Both the position numbers and the translations under genes were made by a program. From the NCBI GenBank assembly GCA_035702405.1, contig DASSQR010000096.1, positions 2,037 to 66,036 on the forward strand: 64,000 nt of DNA, in the 5' to 3' direction. Below, piece by piece: positions 22,601 to 32,772 of this stretch. How positions within the stretch are numbered: position 1 is the first letter of the stretch; every line of letters begins with the position of its first letter. The stretch comes from Gallionella sp. Lineage in GTDB: Bacteria; Pseudomonadota; Gammaproteobacteria; Burkholderiales; Gallionellaceae. Under the pieces are notes generated by a model, which was given only the letters and a program-made list of their open reading frames with translations, was not told the DNA's origin and ran no database searches.

Positions 22601-22784
22601 CGCGGGTGGCCAGCCGGGCTCGGAGATCCAGGCCCCGATGGCGGTCGTGATCCTGTGCGGCCTGGTGTCCTCGACGCTGCTCAATATGCTGATCGTGCCC
22701 GCGTTATACTTGCGTTTCGGCGCGGTCCGGCAGGCATGTGATGCCGGTCCATCACCCGCGGTGACCCGCAATTGCGCCGAATAA
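19641..22784 (+). CDS. Heavy-metal efflux RND permease (CusA/CzcA family)
   Basis: 1047 aa; VDVFPDL, RQADFI, GGMAIALGALVDDAIVVVEN, FLPDFNEG, GIATRNG, ERLVPILMTA. Confidence 0.93.
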   Translation: MIGNIIRWSLRNRLFVVLGAIAMLVWGGYEATRTAVDVFPDLTAPTVTVATEAPSMAPTDVETLVTVPVETALNGAPGVRRVRSATKVGLSTVIVEFAWGTDPYLARQIVTEKLQLARAALPPGVDAPVMAPAASLMGEIMFIALTSETAGQHSTVALKNAADQVLRKRLLAVPGVAEILPIGGDLQQFQVTLKPERLAAYGLTIGEAVKAVAGANRNAAAGYYGEGGQEYLIRGIGRIGTVEDIAEAVVALKNGQPVLIRHIADVALGTAVKRGIGSANGKPAVVLGIQRQPAANTLELTRALDAAMADIQKSLPAGMKIENRLFRQADFIETATNNLLAALRDGAILVVAIVFVFLLSARSTAITLVALPLSLVAAVLVLKALGATINTMTLGGMAIALGALVDDAIVVVENVVRRLRENQAKPEGRRESGLHVIYLAAREIQGSIVFATLIIMLVCLPLFFLSGIEGRLMVPLGLAYVISLFASLLVSITVTPVLASLFLANSGEIRREHESALLQWLRAIYRRVLAATLTRWKVISAISGGLFLAALLGLGLAGQAFLPDFNEGTLTVSAETIPGTALAESAALGQMVEEVLLTYPEVVATARRTGRSPLDPHALDVHQSEIEVSLKMGERSKEELLAAMRADFAMLPGIQVVVGQPISHRIDHMLSGSRANIAVKIFGNDLQELRTLAQQVKGVMAQVDGAVDVQPEQQTEIPFLTIKYRRDALARYGLSANEVSESIETAFNGLSVAKVTQGQAVFDLVVCYDPSARSSLDAIREALITTPQGAQVPLSALADIRNDRGPYFINRENVQRKIVVMANVAGRDLKSVVNDMRARVAREIRLPAGYHIEFGGQFESAEEASRTLLLLGAAVIAGIFLLLFVAFHSARDAFLVMLNLPLAIIGGVAGVYAAGGVITIASIVGFITLFGIATRNGVMMISHIHHLVERDEVADVYEAVRRGAEERLVPILMTALAAGLALIPLALAGGQPGSEIQAPMAVVILCGLVSSTLLNMLIVPALYLRFGAVRQACDAGPSPAVTRNCAE

Positions 22785-22798
22785 TGAAGGGAAATGAA

Positions 22799-23449
22799 AT
22801 GGGAAGTTGCTGTAACAACAAGGCCTGCGGGCTGGAGACGCTTCGGAATCGCCAAAGCTCCACGCTCAAGATCGTGCTCGCGATCAACGCCATCATGTTC
22901 GTGGTCGAACTGACAGCCGGGCTGATTGGTGGTTCGGTTTCGCTGGTGGCGGATTCGCTGGACATGCTGGGCGATGCGCTGGTGTACGGATTCAGTATTT
23001 ACGTTGTGGCGCGCGGCGCGAGAATGAAGGCCAGGGCGGCCTTGTTCAAGGGCGGCATCATGGCGGCGTTTGGCCTGTTCGTCCTCGGGCAGGCAATTTA
23101 CAAGATCATTTTTCCGCAGCCGCCGATCGTCGAGATTATCGGCACCATTGGACTGCTGGCGCTTGCCACGAACGGCATCTGTTTTGGTTTGCTCTGGCGG
23201 CATCGGGCCGATGACATCAACATGAGTTCGGTCTGGCTGTGTTCCCGCAACGACATTATCGCGAACGTCTCGGTATTGTTCGCCGCCGCCGGAGTCTGGC
23301 TGACCAGATCGGCCTGGCCGGACATTATGGTCGGTCTTGCACTCGCCGTGCTCTTTTTCCGGTCGGCGCTGTTCGTATTGCGCGAAGCGATTGCCGCGCT
23401 TCGCGCAAATGACCCCGGAATTCCGGGAGGAGGTAGTGTCCCGGAGTGA
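22799..23449 (+). CDS. Cation diffusion facilitator-like Co/Zn/Cd transporter (short form)
   Basis: SLVADSLDMLGDA, SVWLCSRND, WPDIMVG; Cys-rich N-terminus MGSCCNNKAC. Confidence 0.85.
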   Translation: MGSCCNNKACGLETLRNRQSSTLKIVLAINAIMFVVELTAGLIGGSVSLVADSLDMLGDALVYGFSIYVVARGARMKARAALFKGGIMAAFGLFVLGQAIYKIIFPQPPIVEIIGTIGLLALATNGICFGLLWRHRADDINMSSVWLCSRNDIIANVSVLFAAAGVWLTRSAWPDIMVGLALAVLFFRSALFVLREAIAALRANDPGIPGGGSVPE

Positions 23450-23498
23450 AAGGCATACGACAAAGTGTTAATATCCGTGCCTTTTTAGCGGTATTGCA

Positions 23499-24155
23499 AT
23501 GAACAGACGCTACGATTTGATCGTGTTCGATTGGGATGGCACGGTGATGGATTCGACCGCGGTGATCGCGGGCTCGATCCAGGCTGCGTGCCGCGATCTC
23601 GGGATGCCGGTGCCGAATGACGCCACTGCGCGGCATGTGATCGGCCTCGGCCTGCAGCAGGCTTTGCGCTACGCGGTGCCCGCGCTGCCCGAGGAACTGA
23701 TGCCGGAAATGGTCGCGCGTTATCGTCATCACTTCCTGTCCCAGGACCAAGCCATTCCGTTGTTTGACCAGGCGCGCGAGACCATCATGGAACTGCACGA
23801 CGCGGGCTACTGGCTGGGCGTGGCGACCGGCAAGAACCGCGCGGGGCTCGATCGTGCGCTGGAATCTACCGGCATGAAAAAATATTTCCATGCCACGCGC
23901 ACTGCGGATCAGACCTTTTCCAAACCGCACCCCGCGATGCTGTTTGAACTGATGGACGAACTGGCGGTCTCTCCGGAGCGCACCCTGATGGTGGGCGATA
24001 CCACGCATGACGTGCAGCTCGCGCAGAATGCCAATGTGGATGTGGTCGCGATCGGACACGGCGCGCATCCGCCGGAACAGCTGCAGGAACTGAAACCGCT
24101 CGCACTGGTGGGCGATTTTGCGCAATTGCGCGCGTGGCTCAGAACACATAGTTAA
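23499..24155 (+). CDS. HAD-IA family hydrolase (phosphoglycolate phosphatase-like)
   Basis: FDWDGTVMDS, VATGK, SKPHP, MVGDTTHD. Confidence 0.9.
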   Translation: MNRRYDLIVFDWDGTVMDSTAVIAGSIQAACRDLGMPVPNDATARHVIGLGLQQALRYAVPALPEELMPEMVARYRHHFLSQDQAIPLFDQARETIMELHDAGYWLGVATGKNRAGLDRALESTGMKKYFHATRTADQTFSKPHPAMLFELMDELAVSPERTLMVGDTTHDVQLAQNANVDVVAIGHGAHPPEQLQELKPLALVGDFAQLRAWLRTHS

Positions 24156-24175
24156 CCGTTAACAAAGGAAAAGAA

Positions 24176-25123
24176 ATGGCGGAACAAGACAACAACTGGG
24201 AACGCGGCGTGCTGGAAAAAGTAGCGATGGCTGCCGTTCAGGAACAACGTCGCGCGCGGCAATGGAACATTTTCTTCAAGACACTGACCTTCGTATTCAT
24301 CTTCCTGGTGCTGTTTGCGTCGCTGGGCTGGTTCGAGAAGAAAGAACCGGTGCTGGGCGGCGGCAAGCATACCGCTCTGGTGGACATGCAGGGTGTGATT
24401 GCTCCCGATAGTCCCGCCGGTTCCGACAACCTGATTCCGAGCCTGCAGGCGGCATTCAAGGACGGTGCAACGCAGGGCGTGGTCCTGCGGATCAACAGTC
24501 CCGGCGGCAGCCCGGTGCAGGCCGGTAAAATCAATGACGAGATTCATCGCTTGCGCGCGAAGTATCCCAACATTCCGCTGTATGTCGTGGTCGAGGACGT
24601 GTGTGCGTCCGGCGGTTATTACGTCGCGGCTGCGGCCGACAAGATCTTCGTGGACAAGGCCAGCCTGATTGGTTCCATCGGGGTGCTGATGGATGGCTTC
24701 GGTTTCACCGGCACGATGGAAAAATTCGGCGTGGAGCGCCGCCTGATTACGGCCGGCGCCAACAAGGGATTCCTCGACCCGTTCTCGCCCTCCAATCCGG
24801 AGCAGCAGGCGTATGCGAAGCAGATGATCGCGCAGATTCATCAGCAGTTTATCCAGACGGTGAGGGAAGGACGCGGCAAGCGCCTGAAGGAAACGCCGGA
24901 TACCTTCAGCGGCCTGGTGTGGAACGGCCAGACTGGCGTGGAGATGGGATTGGCCGATGGTTATGGCAGCGTGGAATCGGTCGCGCGGGACGTGATCAAG
25001 GCCGAGACCATCGTCGACTTTACCGTCAAGGAAGGTCTTGCTGATCGTCTGGCCAAACGCTTCGGCGCCGGGGTTGCGAGCGCGATCGGTTTTTCTGCGC
25101 AGGGCGGCGTTACGCTCAGATAA
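24176..25123 (+). CDS. S49 family peptidase (SppA-like)
   Basis: LRINSPGGSPV, CASGGYY, GSIGV. Confidence 0.92.
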   Translation: MAEQDNNWERGVLEKVAMAAVQEQRRARQWNIFFKTLTFVFIFLVLFASLGWFEKKEPVLGGGKHTALVDMQGVIAPDSPAGSDNLIPSLQAAFKDGATQGVVLRINSPGGSPVQAGKINDEIHRLRAKYPNIPLYVVVEDVCASGGYYVAAAADKIFVDKASLIGSIGVLMDGFGFTGTMEKFGVERRLITAGANKGFLDPFSPSNPEQQAYAKQMIAQIHQQFIQTVREGRGKRLKETPDTFSGLVWNGQTGVEMGLADGYGSVESVARDVIKAETIVDFTVKEGLADRLAKRFGAGVASAIGFSAQGGVTLR

Positions 25124-25141
25124 ACTTCTTGTTTGCTGATT

Positions 25142-25265
25142 CGTCATTCCCGCGAAGGCGGGAATCCAGCAGGCAAAAACTCCGCGAAGGCGGACAAGGC
25201 CACGGTTTTGTCCTGCTGTGCGGAATTATTCAATCAACTGGATTCCCGCCTTCGCGGGAATGACG
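25142..25265. repeat. REPIN-like doublet of CGTC-tagged palindromes (dRS3-like)
   Basis: CGTCATTCCCGCGAAGGCGGGAATCCAG at 25142-25169 and its inverted copy at 25238-25265, between convergent genes. Confidence 0.88.
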
Positions 25266-25267
25266 GA

Positions 25268-27301
<2,034 letters not shown>

Positions 27302-27302
27302 T

Positions 27303-27493
27303 ACGGGCACCTCCATAAATTTGCTTTTGCGGGCGAATCGCGGCGTCACGTGTTGGCTCCGACTAACCTGAAGGTAAGTCTCGCCGCAACTTCGTTGTCG
27401 CTCGTTCCTCGTCTATCATTCGATATGCCTCGTCGTTCGCTGCGCGGCTCCTTGCGCTTCACTCCGCAAAAGCAAATTTCTGAAGGCGCCCGT
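27303..27493. mobile_element. MITE-like element with ~30-bp terminal inverted repeats and ERIC-like core
   Basis: ACGGGCACCTCCATAAATTTGCTTTTGCGG at 27303 versus CCGCAAAAGCAAATTTCTGAAGGCGCCCGT ending 27493. Core TCCTCGTCTATC..GATATGCCTCGTCG is shared with 57363-57509. Confidence 0.8.
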
Positions 27494-27496
27494 CGT

Positions 27497-28126
27497 TTAA
27501 CGCAGCAGTGGTTGCAGGGCCTTCAGCACATTGCGCATCAGTTGCGGTTGTGCGGCTTCATTCGGATGCAGGTTGTCGGCCTGGAATTGGTCGGGTTTGA
27601 CCCCCTCCAGCAGGAACGGCAGCAGGCTGAGACGATATTTTTTTGCGAGCCGCGGATACAGGTTATGGAATTGCGTGATGTACGGCTCGCCGTAGTTCGG
27701 CGGTAGCTTCATGCCGACCAGCACGATTTGCGCGTTCGCTTTCTGGATATTCTCGATGAGAGCGGTCATGTTGGCTTCGACACTGCTGATGCTGTAACCG
27801 CGCAGGCCGTCATTCGCACCCAGTTCCAGAATCACGATGGCAGGGCGGTATTGTTGCAGAGCGCTGGCAATACGCTCGCGCCCGCCCAGGGTGGTTTCAC
27901 CGCTGATGCTCGCATTCACAATGTGATATTTTGCGCCGGTACGCAGCAGTTGCTGCTGCAGCAGGTTTACCCAGCTTTTTTCTCGGTCGATGCCGTATCC
28001 GGCTGATAGACTGTCGCCGAATACCAGGATGTTTTTGGCCGCGTGCGCGGGCGCAGGCTGCCACACGGCGGTCGCCAGCAAGAAAATCAACATGAGCGGC
28101 AATTTTGCCAAGGATGAATTCTTCAT
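27497..28126 (-). CDS. tesA: Arylesterase/acyl-CoA thioesterase I (SGNH)
   Basis: Signal peptide, GDSLSAGYG, NASISGETT, ELGANDGLRG, DNLHP. Confidence 0.9.
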   Translation of the reverse strand: MKNSSLAKLPLMLIFLLATAVWQPAPAHAAKNILVFGDSLSAGYGIDREKSWVNLLQQQLLRTGAKYHIVNASISGETTLGGRERIASALQQYRPAIVILELGANDGLRGYSISSVEANMTALIENIQKANAQIVLVGMKLPPNYGEPYITQFHNLYPRLAKKYRLSLLPFLLEGVKPDQFQADNLHPNEAAQPQLMRNVLKALQPLLR

Positions 28127-28790
28127 GACAGTGATTGTGCAGGCGGTTGAATTGAGTAAGCAAGTGTTAAGCGGCGCGCAGCCGCTGTCAATTTTGCACG
28201 AGGTCAATTTTGCCGTTGATGCAGGCGCCAGCGTGGCGATTCTGGGCGCTTCCGGTTCCGGCAAGTCCACCTTGCTTGGCTTGCTCGCCGGGCTGGATGT
28301 GCCGACGAGCGGCAACGTGCTGCTCAACGGCAATGACCTGTTCGCGCTGGACGAGGACGGGCGCGCCCGATTGCGCGGCGAACTGGCCGGCTTCGTGTTC
28401 CAGTCATTCCAGTTGTTGCCGGCGCTGAATGCGCTGGAAAACGTGATGCTGCCGCTGGAGCTGCGCGGCGTGGTCGATGCGCGCGAACGCGCGATGGGAT
28501 CGCTGCGCCAAGTCGGCCTGCGTGAACGTGCGCATCATCTGCCCAAACATCTGTCCGGTGGCGAGCAGCAGCGCGTCGCGCTGGCACGCGCATTCGTCAC
28601 CCAGCCGAAAATCCTGTTCGCCGACGAACCCACCGGCAATCTCGACGCCGCTACCGGCGCGCAGGTGATTGAGCTGATGCTGGAACTCAATCGCGCGCTG
28701 GGCACGACGCTGATCCTGGTTACGCATGACGCCGCATTGGCCGGTCGCTGTGGCCGGCAGTTGCATCTTGCCGCGGGGCGGATGGCATGA
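28125..28790 (+). CDS. ABC transporter ATP-binding protein (YbbA-like)
   Basis: Walker A GASGSGKST, LSGGEQQRV, ADEPTGNLD; divergent from tesA as in E. coli. Confidence 0.92.
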   Translation: MTVIVQAVELSKQVLSGAQPLSILHEVNFAVDAGASVAILGASGSGKSTLLGLLAGLDVPTSGNVLLNGNDLFALDEDGRARLRGELAGFVFQSFQLLPALNALENVMLPLELRGVVDARERAMGSLRQVGLRERAHHLPKHLSGGEQQRVALARAFVTQPKILFADEPTGNLDAATGAQVIELMLELNRALGTTLILVTHDAALAGRCGRQLHLAAGRMA

Positions 28791-28813
28791 AGGTGCTTTA
28801 TCATGGCGTTGGA

Positions 28814-28877
28814 TTTTGTCCGCGCTTTGCGCGGATTCGTTCAATCAACTGGATTCCGGCCTGCGCCGGAATGACGG
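28814..28877. repeat. Single CGTC-tagged palindromic arm with internal segment
   Basis: Palindrome CTGGATTCCGGCCTGCGCCGGAATGACGG at 28849-28877; whole segment is a near-identical direct repeat of 29242-29305. Confidence 0.88.
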
Positions 28878-28895
28878 AACGCGGCGAGCAGTGAG

Positions 28896-29186
28896 ATGAA
28901 CAAGCAACCCTGCGTCTATCTGCTCGCAAGCAAACGTAATGGTACGTTGTATGTCGGTGTGACGTCGGATTTGATCAAACGAATCTGGGAACACAAGAAT
29001 CATGTCACCGAAGGGTTCACCAGTAAGTATGGTGTGGATCGGCTGGTCTGGTATGAGATGCATGAAACGATGGAGTCTGCTATTCAACGAGAAAAGGCGG
29101 TCAAGGAATGGCAGCGGGCATGAAAGGTGCACATCATTGAGCAAACCAATCCGAACTGGGATGACCTCTATGGAACCCTATTATGA
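28896..29186 (+). pseudogene. GIY-YIG nuclease family protein interrupted by an in-frame TGA
   Basis: VYLLAS..GTLYVGVTSDL..R..EH, SAIQREK; TGA at 29121-29123 where W is expected; the homologous tail KVHIIEQTNPNWDDLY continues in frame to 29186. Confidence 0.85.
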
Positions 29187-29187
29187 T

Positions 29188-29305
29188 CCGTCATTCCGGC
29201 GCAGGCCGGAATCCAGCGGTTTTATTGAAAATGCCGTTGAGTCTTGTCCGCGCTTTGCGCGGATTTGTTCAATCAACTGGATTCCGGCCTGCGCCGGAAT
29301 GACGG
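29188..29305. repeat. REPIN-like doublet of CGTC-tagged palindromes
   Basis: CCGTCATTCCGGCGCAGGCCGGAATCCAG at 29188-29216 and its exact inverted copy at 29277-29305. Confidence 0.9.
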
Positions 29306-29312
29306 TTGTTTC

Positions 29313-31784
29313 ATGAACCTGCTCCGCCTCTCCTTCAACCTTCTCCGCCGCGACTGGCGCGCGGGCGAATGGCGCGTGCTGCTGCTGGCGCTGTTGCTGG
29401 CGGTGGGCAGCCTGAGCACGGTCGAGCTGTTTGGCGACCGGGTGCGGCTCGCGTTGCAGCAGCAGGCACAAAGCCTGATCGGGGCGGATCTGCGCATTAC
29501 TTCGACGCGGCCGCTGCCGGATTCTTATGCGGCTGCGGCCAAAGCGCTCGGTCTGCGCACCGTCACCAGCCTGACCTTTCCGAGCATGGTGTTGTTCCGC
29601 GAGCAGACTTTGCTGAGTGAGATTCAGACCGCTGAACCGGGCTATCCGCTGCGCGGCAAGATTGTCATCAACGACGGCTATGAGCATGTGGCGACCGCGA
29701 TTCCGGCGCCCGGTACGATCTGGGCTGACGAGCGGCTGTCGCGGCGGCTGGGGGTGGCGCTGGGCGATACGGTCGAGATCGGCAAGCAGCGCTTCGTGGT
29801 GTCGGCCTATATCGTGAAGGACATCGATCAGGCCATCGGCTTTGCGAGTTTTGCGCCGAAGGTGATGATGAACGCGCAAGACTTGGTGGCGACCGGCTTG
29901 CAGCAGGAAGGCAGCCGCATCAGTTACCGCCTGATGATTGCCGGTGACGCGGCGCAAGTTGCGAGGTTGCGCGACCAGTTGAAAAACCGGCTGTCCGGCA
30001 GCGAGAAACTGGAAGACGTACGCGATGCGCGGCCCGAGATTCGCACTACGCTGGAGCGCGCCGAGCACTTCCTCGGGCTGGCTGCACTGACCGCCGCGAT
30101 TCTCGCCGGTGCGGCCATGGCGCTGGCCGCGCGCCGGTTCGTGCAGCGCCACCTGGATGGCTGCGCAGTGATGCGCTGCCTGGGCGCGCAACAGGGCCAG
30201 GTGCTGCGCCTGTTTCTGTACCAGTATCTGTTGCTGGGCGTTGTTGCGGTATTGCTCGGTTGCGGGCTGGGATATGTCACGCAGGCGGTGCTGGTGAATT
30301 TCCTAGCGGCGCTACGCAGTGCGGGGTTGCCGCAGCCAAGTGTATTACCGTTGTTGAAGGCGGCGGCGAGCGGTTTTGCGCTGCTGTTCGGGTTTGCCTT
30401 CCTGCCGCTGTTGCAGCTGCGCAAGGTGTCGCCGCTGCGCGTCTTACGCCGCGAGATGGGTAACCCTCCGGCCAGCGCCGCCCTGGCTTACGGTGTCGCC
30501 GTGTTAGTGTTGGCGGGGCTGTTCTTGTGGCAGGCGGATTCGACCAGACTGGGGCTGACGATGCTGGGCGGACTGCTCGCCGGGATGGTGGTATTTGCCG
30601 GCGTCGCGTGGCTGCTGCTGCATGGCCTCGCGCGTTATGCCATGCGTTCGGCCTCTTACTGGCGGCACGCGTTTGCCAATCTGGCACGGCACGGGCGCAC
30701 CAATGCGATGCAGATCGTTGCGCTCAGCCTGGGCGGCATGGCGCTGTTGATGCTGACGCTGGTGCGCGCCGACCTGTTGCGCGGCTGGTACGACAAGCTG
30801 CCGCCGGATACGCCGAACCGTTTCGTGGTGAATATCCAGCCGGACCAGAGGCGGGCCGTGGAGGAATTCTTTGTACGCCGCGCAATGCCACCGCCCCAAC
30901 TGTTGCCGATGGTGCGCGGCCGGCTGGTCGCGCTCAATGACCGACCCATCACCGGCGACAGCTATCCCGATCAGCGTGCGCGCGCATTAGTCGAGCGCGA
31001 ATTCAATTTGTCCTGGGCGGAGCAGATGCCGGCGTGGAACGAACTGGTGCAGGGCAAATGGTGGAGTGCGGGAGCGAAAGCGGAGCTGTCGGTCGAGGAG
31101 GGTATTGCAAGTACGCTGGGCATCCGCCTCGGCGATGTGCTCACCTACGATGTCGCGGGCAGCCGCTTCTCCGCGCGCGTGACCAGTCTGCGCAAGGTGC
31201 AGTGGGACTCGATGCGCGTGAATTTTTTCGTCATCGCCACGCCGGCATTGCTGCAGGATTATCCGGCCAGCTATCTCTGCAGCTTTTATCTGCCGCCGGG
31301 GCAGGTGCGTGTGGGCGACCAGTTGGCGCTGGAATTCCCCAATCTGCTGGTGATCGATACCGGGGCGGTCATCGCGCAGGTGCGCAACATCATGGACCAG
31401 GTCGCGCAGACGATGAGCGTAGTATTTCTGTTCACTTTGTTCTCCGGGTTTGCGGTGCTGTATGCCGCACTACTGGCGACACAGGACGAGCGCATCCACG
31501 AGGCGGCGATCCTGCGCACCCTCGGCGCGGTTAGCGGTTATCTGCGCCGTCTGCACCTGAGCGAATTTGCCGCGCTGGGTTTGCTGAGCGGTTTGTTCTC
31601 GGCGGCCGGCGCCGTGCTGCTGGGCTGGGTGCTTGCGCGCTTCGTGCTGGAAATCCCGTATCAGCCAAGCTTCGCCATCTGGCTGATCGGCGGTCTGGGC
31701 GGGATGGCGGTGGTGATGCTGGCCGGATGGCTGGGCACACGCCGCCTGATGCAGCTGCCGCCACTGGTGATCCTGCGCGAATAG
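29313..31784 (+). CDS. ABC transporter permease (YbbP/FtsX-like)
   Basis: RRDWRAGE, IGADLRI, GYPLRG, MRCLGA, PNRFVVNIQP, EAAILRTLGA. Start set at MNLLRL; the upstream ORF extension lies within the repeat. Confidence 0.9.
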   Translation: MNLLRLSFNLLRRDWRAGEWRVLLLALLLAVGSLSTVELFGDRVRLALQQQAQSLIGADLRITSTRPLPDSYAAAAKALGLRTVTSLTFPSMVLFREQTLLSEIQTAEPGYPLRGKIVINDGYEHVATAIPAPGTIWADERLSRRLGVALGDTVEIGKQRFVVSAYIVKDIDQAIGFASFAPKVMMNAQDLVATGLQQEGSRISYRLMIAGDAAQVARLRDQLKNRLSGSEKLEDVRDARPEIRTTLERAEHFLGLAALTAAILAGAAMALAARRFVQRHLDGCAVMRCLGAQQGQVLRLFLYQYLLLGVVAVLLGCGLGYVTQAVLVNFLAALRSAGLPQPSVLPLLKAAASGFALLFGFAFLPLLQLRKVSPLRVLRREMGNPPASAALAYGVAVLVLAGLFLWQADSTRLGLTMLGGLLAGMVVFAGVAWLLLHGLARYAMRSASYWRHAFANLARHGRTNAMQIVALSLGGMALLMLTLVRADLLRGWYDKLPPDTPNRFVVNIQPDQRRAVEEFFVRRAMPPPQLLPMVRGRLVALNDRPITGDSYPDQRARALVEREFNLSWAEQMPAWNELVQGKWWSAGAKAELSVEEGIASTLGIRLGDVLTYDVAGSRFSARVTSLRKVQWDSMRVNFFVIATPALLQDYPASYLCSFYLPPGQVRVGDQLALEFPNLLVIDTGAVIAQVRNIMDQVAQTMSVVFLFTLFSGFAVLYAALLATQDERIHEAAILRTLGAVSGYLRRLHLSEFAALGLLSGLFSAAGAVLLGWVLARFVLEIPYQPSFAIWLIGGLGGMAVVMLAGWLGTRRLMQLPPLVILRE

Positions 31785-31823
31785 TTGCAACGCCGCTTCA
31801 GGTTGAGGGAACCCCCAGGTTGG

Positions 31824-31839
31824 TGATAGAATGCCGGCC
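31824..31839 (+). promoter_or_regulatory. Putative extended -10 promoter with GC-rich discriminator for rpsB-tsf
   Basis: TG-A-TAGAAT followed by GCCGGCC, ~150 nt upstream of rpsB (leader length compatible with an S2 autoregulatory leader). Confidence 0.55.
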
Positions 31840-31985
31840 GCTTCTGGATAGGCTAGGAGCAAATTTCCCGCTCGCGCAAGTCAGGGTGCTTACCGGAAAG
31901 TGCCAGAGATCGTTTGATTTTTGGATGTTTCCGTTATGAGTCAAGCTGGCGAGCGGTAGTTTATAACCCTCACATTGGAGTAATT

Positions 31986-32708
31986 ATGGCTGTAACTATG
32001 CGTCAAATGCTCGAGGCTGGTGTGCACTTCGGTCACCAGACCCGTTTCTGGAATCCCAAGATGGCTCCGTACATCTTCGGTCACCGCAACAAGATTCATA
32101 TCATCAACCTGGAAAAGACCGTCGCGCTGTTCGCCGAAGCGGAGAACTTCGTGCGCAAGCTGACCGCGAAAAAAGGCACCATCCTGTTCGTCGGTACCAA
32201 GCGCCAGGCACGTGAAATCGTCCAGGAAGAAGCCGTGCGCGCCGGCTCGCCGTTCGTCAACTATCGCTGGCTGGGCGGTATGCTGACCAACCACAAGACC
32301 GTGCAACTGTCCATCAAGCGTCTGCGCGAGCTGGAACAGATGACAGCCGAAGGCGCATCCGAAAACGTTTCCAAGAAAGAAGCGTTGATGATGAAGCGCG
32401 AACTGGAAAAGCTGAATCGCAGCCTGGGTGGCATCAAGGATATGCAAGGTCTACCCGCGGCACTGTTCGTGATCGACGTCGGCTACCAGAAGGGTGCCAT
32501 CGTTGAAGCGCAGAAGCTGGGCATCCCGGTGATCGGCGTGGTTGATACCAACAATTCCCCGCTGGGCGTGGACTACGTCATTCCGGGTAACGACGACTCC
32601 AGCCAGGCGATCCGCCTGTATGCACGCGGTATCGCTGATGCGGTGCTGGAAGGTCGCGCACAAGCTCTGAACGAACTCGTCGAGCAAGTGGCTGAACAAG
32701 CAGCCTGA
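31986..32708 (+). CDS. rpsB: 30S ribosomal protein S2
   Basis: [41 protein letters not shown]. Confidence 0.98.
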   Translation: MAVTMRQMLEAGVHFGHQTRFWNPKMAPYIFGHRNKIHIINLEKTVALFAEAENFVRKLTAKKGTILFVGTKRQAREIVQEEAVRAGSPFVNYRWLGGMLTNHKTVQLSIKRLRELEQMTAEGASENVSKKEALMMKRELEKLNRSLGGIKDMQGLPAALFVIDVGYQKGAIVEAQKLGIPVIGVVDTNNSPLGVDYVIPGNDDSSQAIRLYARGIADAVLEGRAQALNELVEQVAEQAA

Positions 32709-32725
32709 GTTTCACCCGGGCGCGT

Positions 32726-32749
32726 AAAGGGGCGCAAGCCCCTTTTTTT
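32726..32749 (+). terminator. Intra-operon terminator-like hairpin between rpsB and tsf
   Basis: AAAGGGGC-GCAA-GCCCCTTTTTTT. Confidence 0.75.
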
Positions 32750-32772
32750 ATAAGTATTTTCAGGAGTTGATG

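Noticed and set aside
28124-28127. Overlapping divergent start codons of tesA and the ABC ATPase
   Set aside because: An overlapping divergent tesA/ybbA arrangement is known from E. coli; not novel.
29244-29312. N-terminal extension MSALCADLFNQLDSGLRRND on the permease, and similar extensions on the yyaL-like and smpB ORFs
   Set aside because: These lie inside repeat elements that happen to be open frames; the conserved protein starts are downstream.
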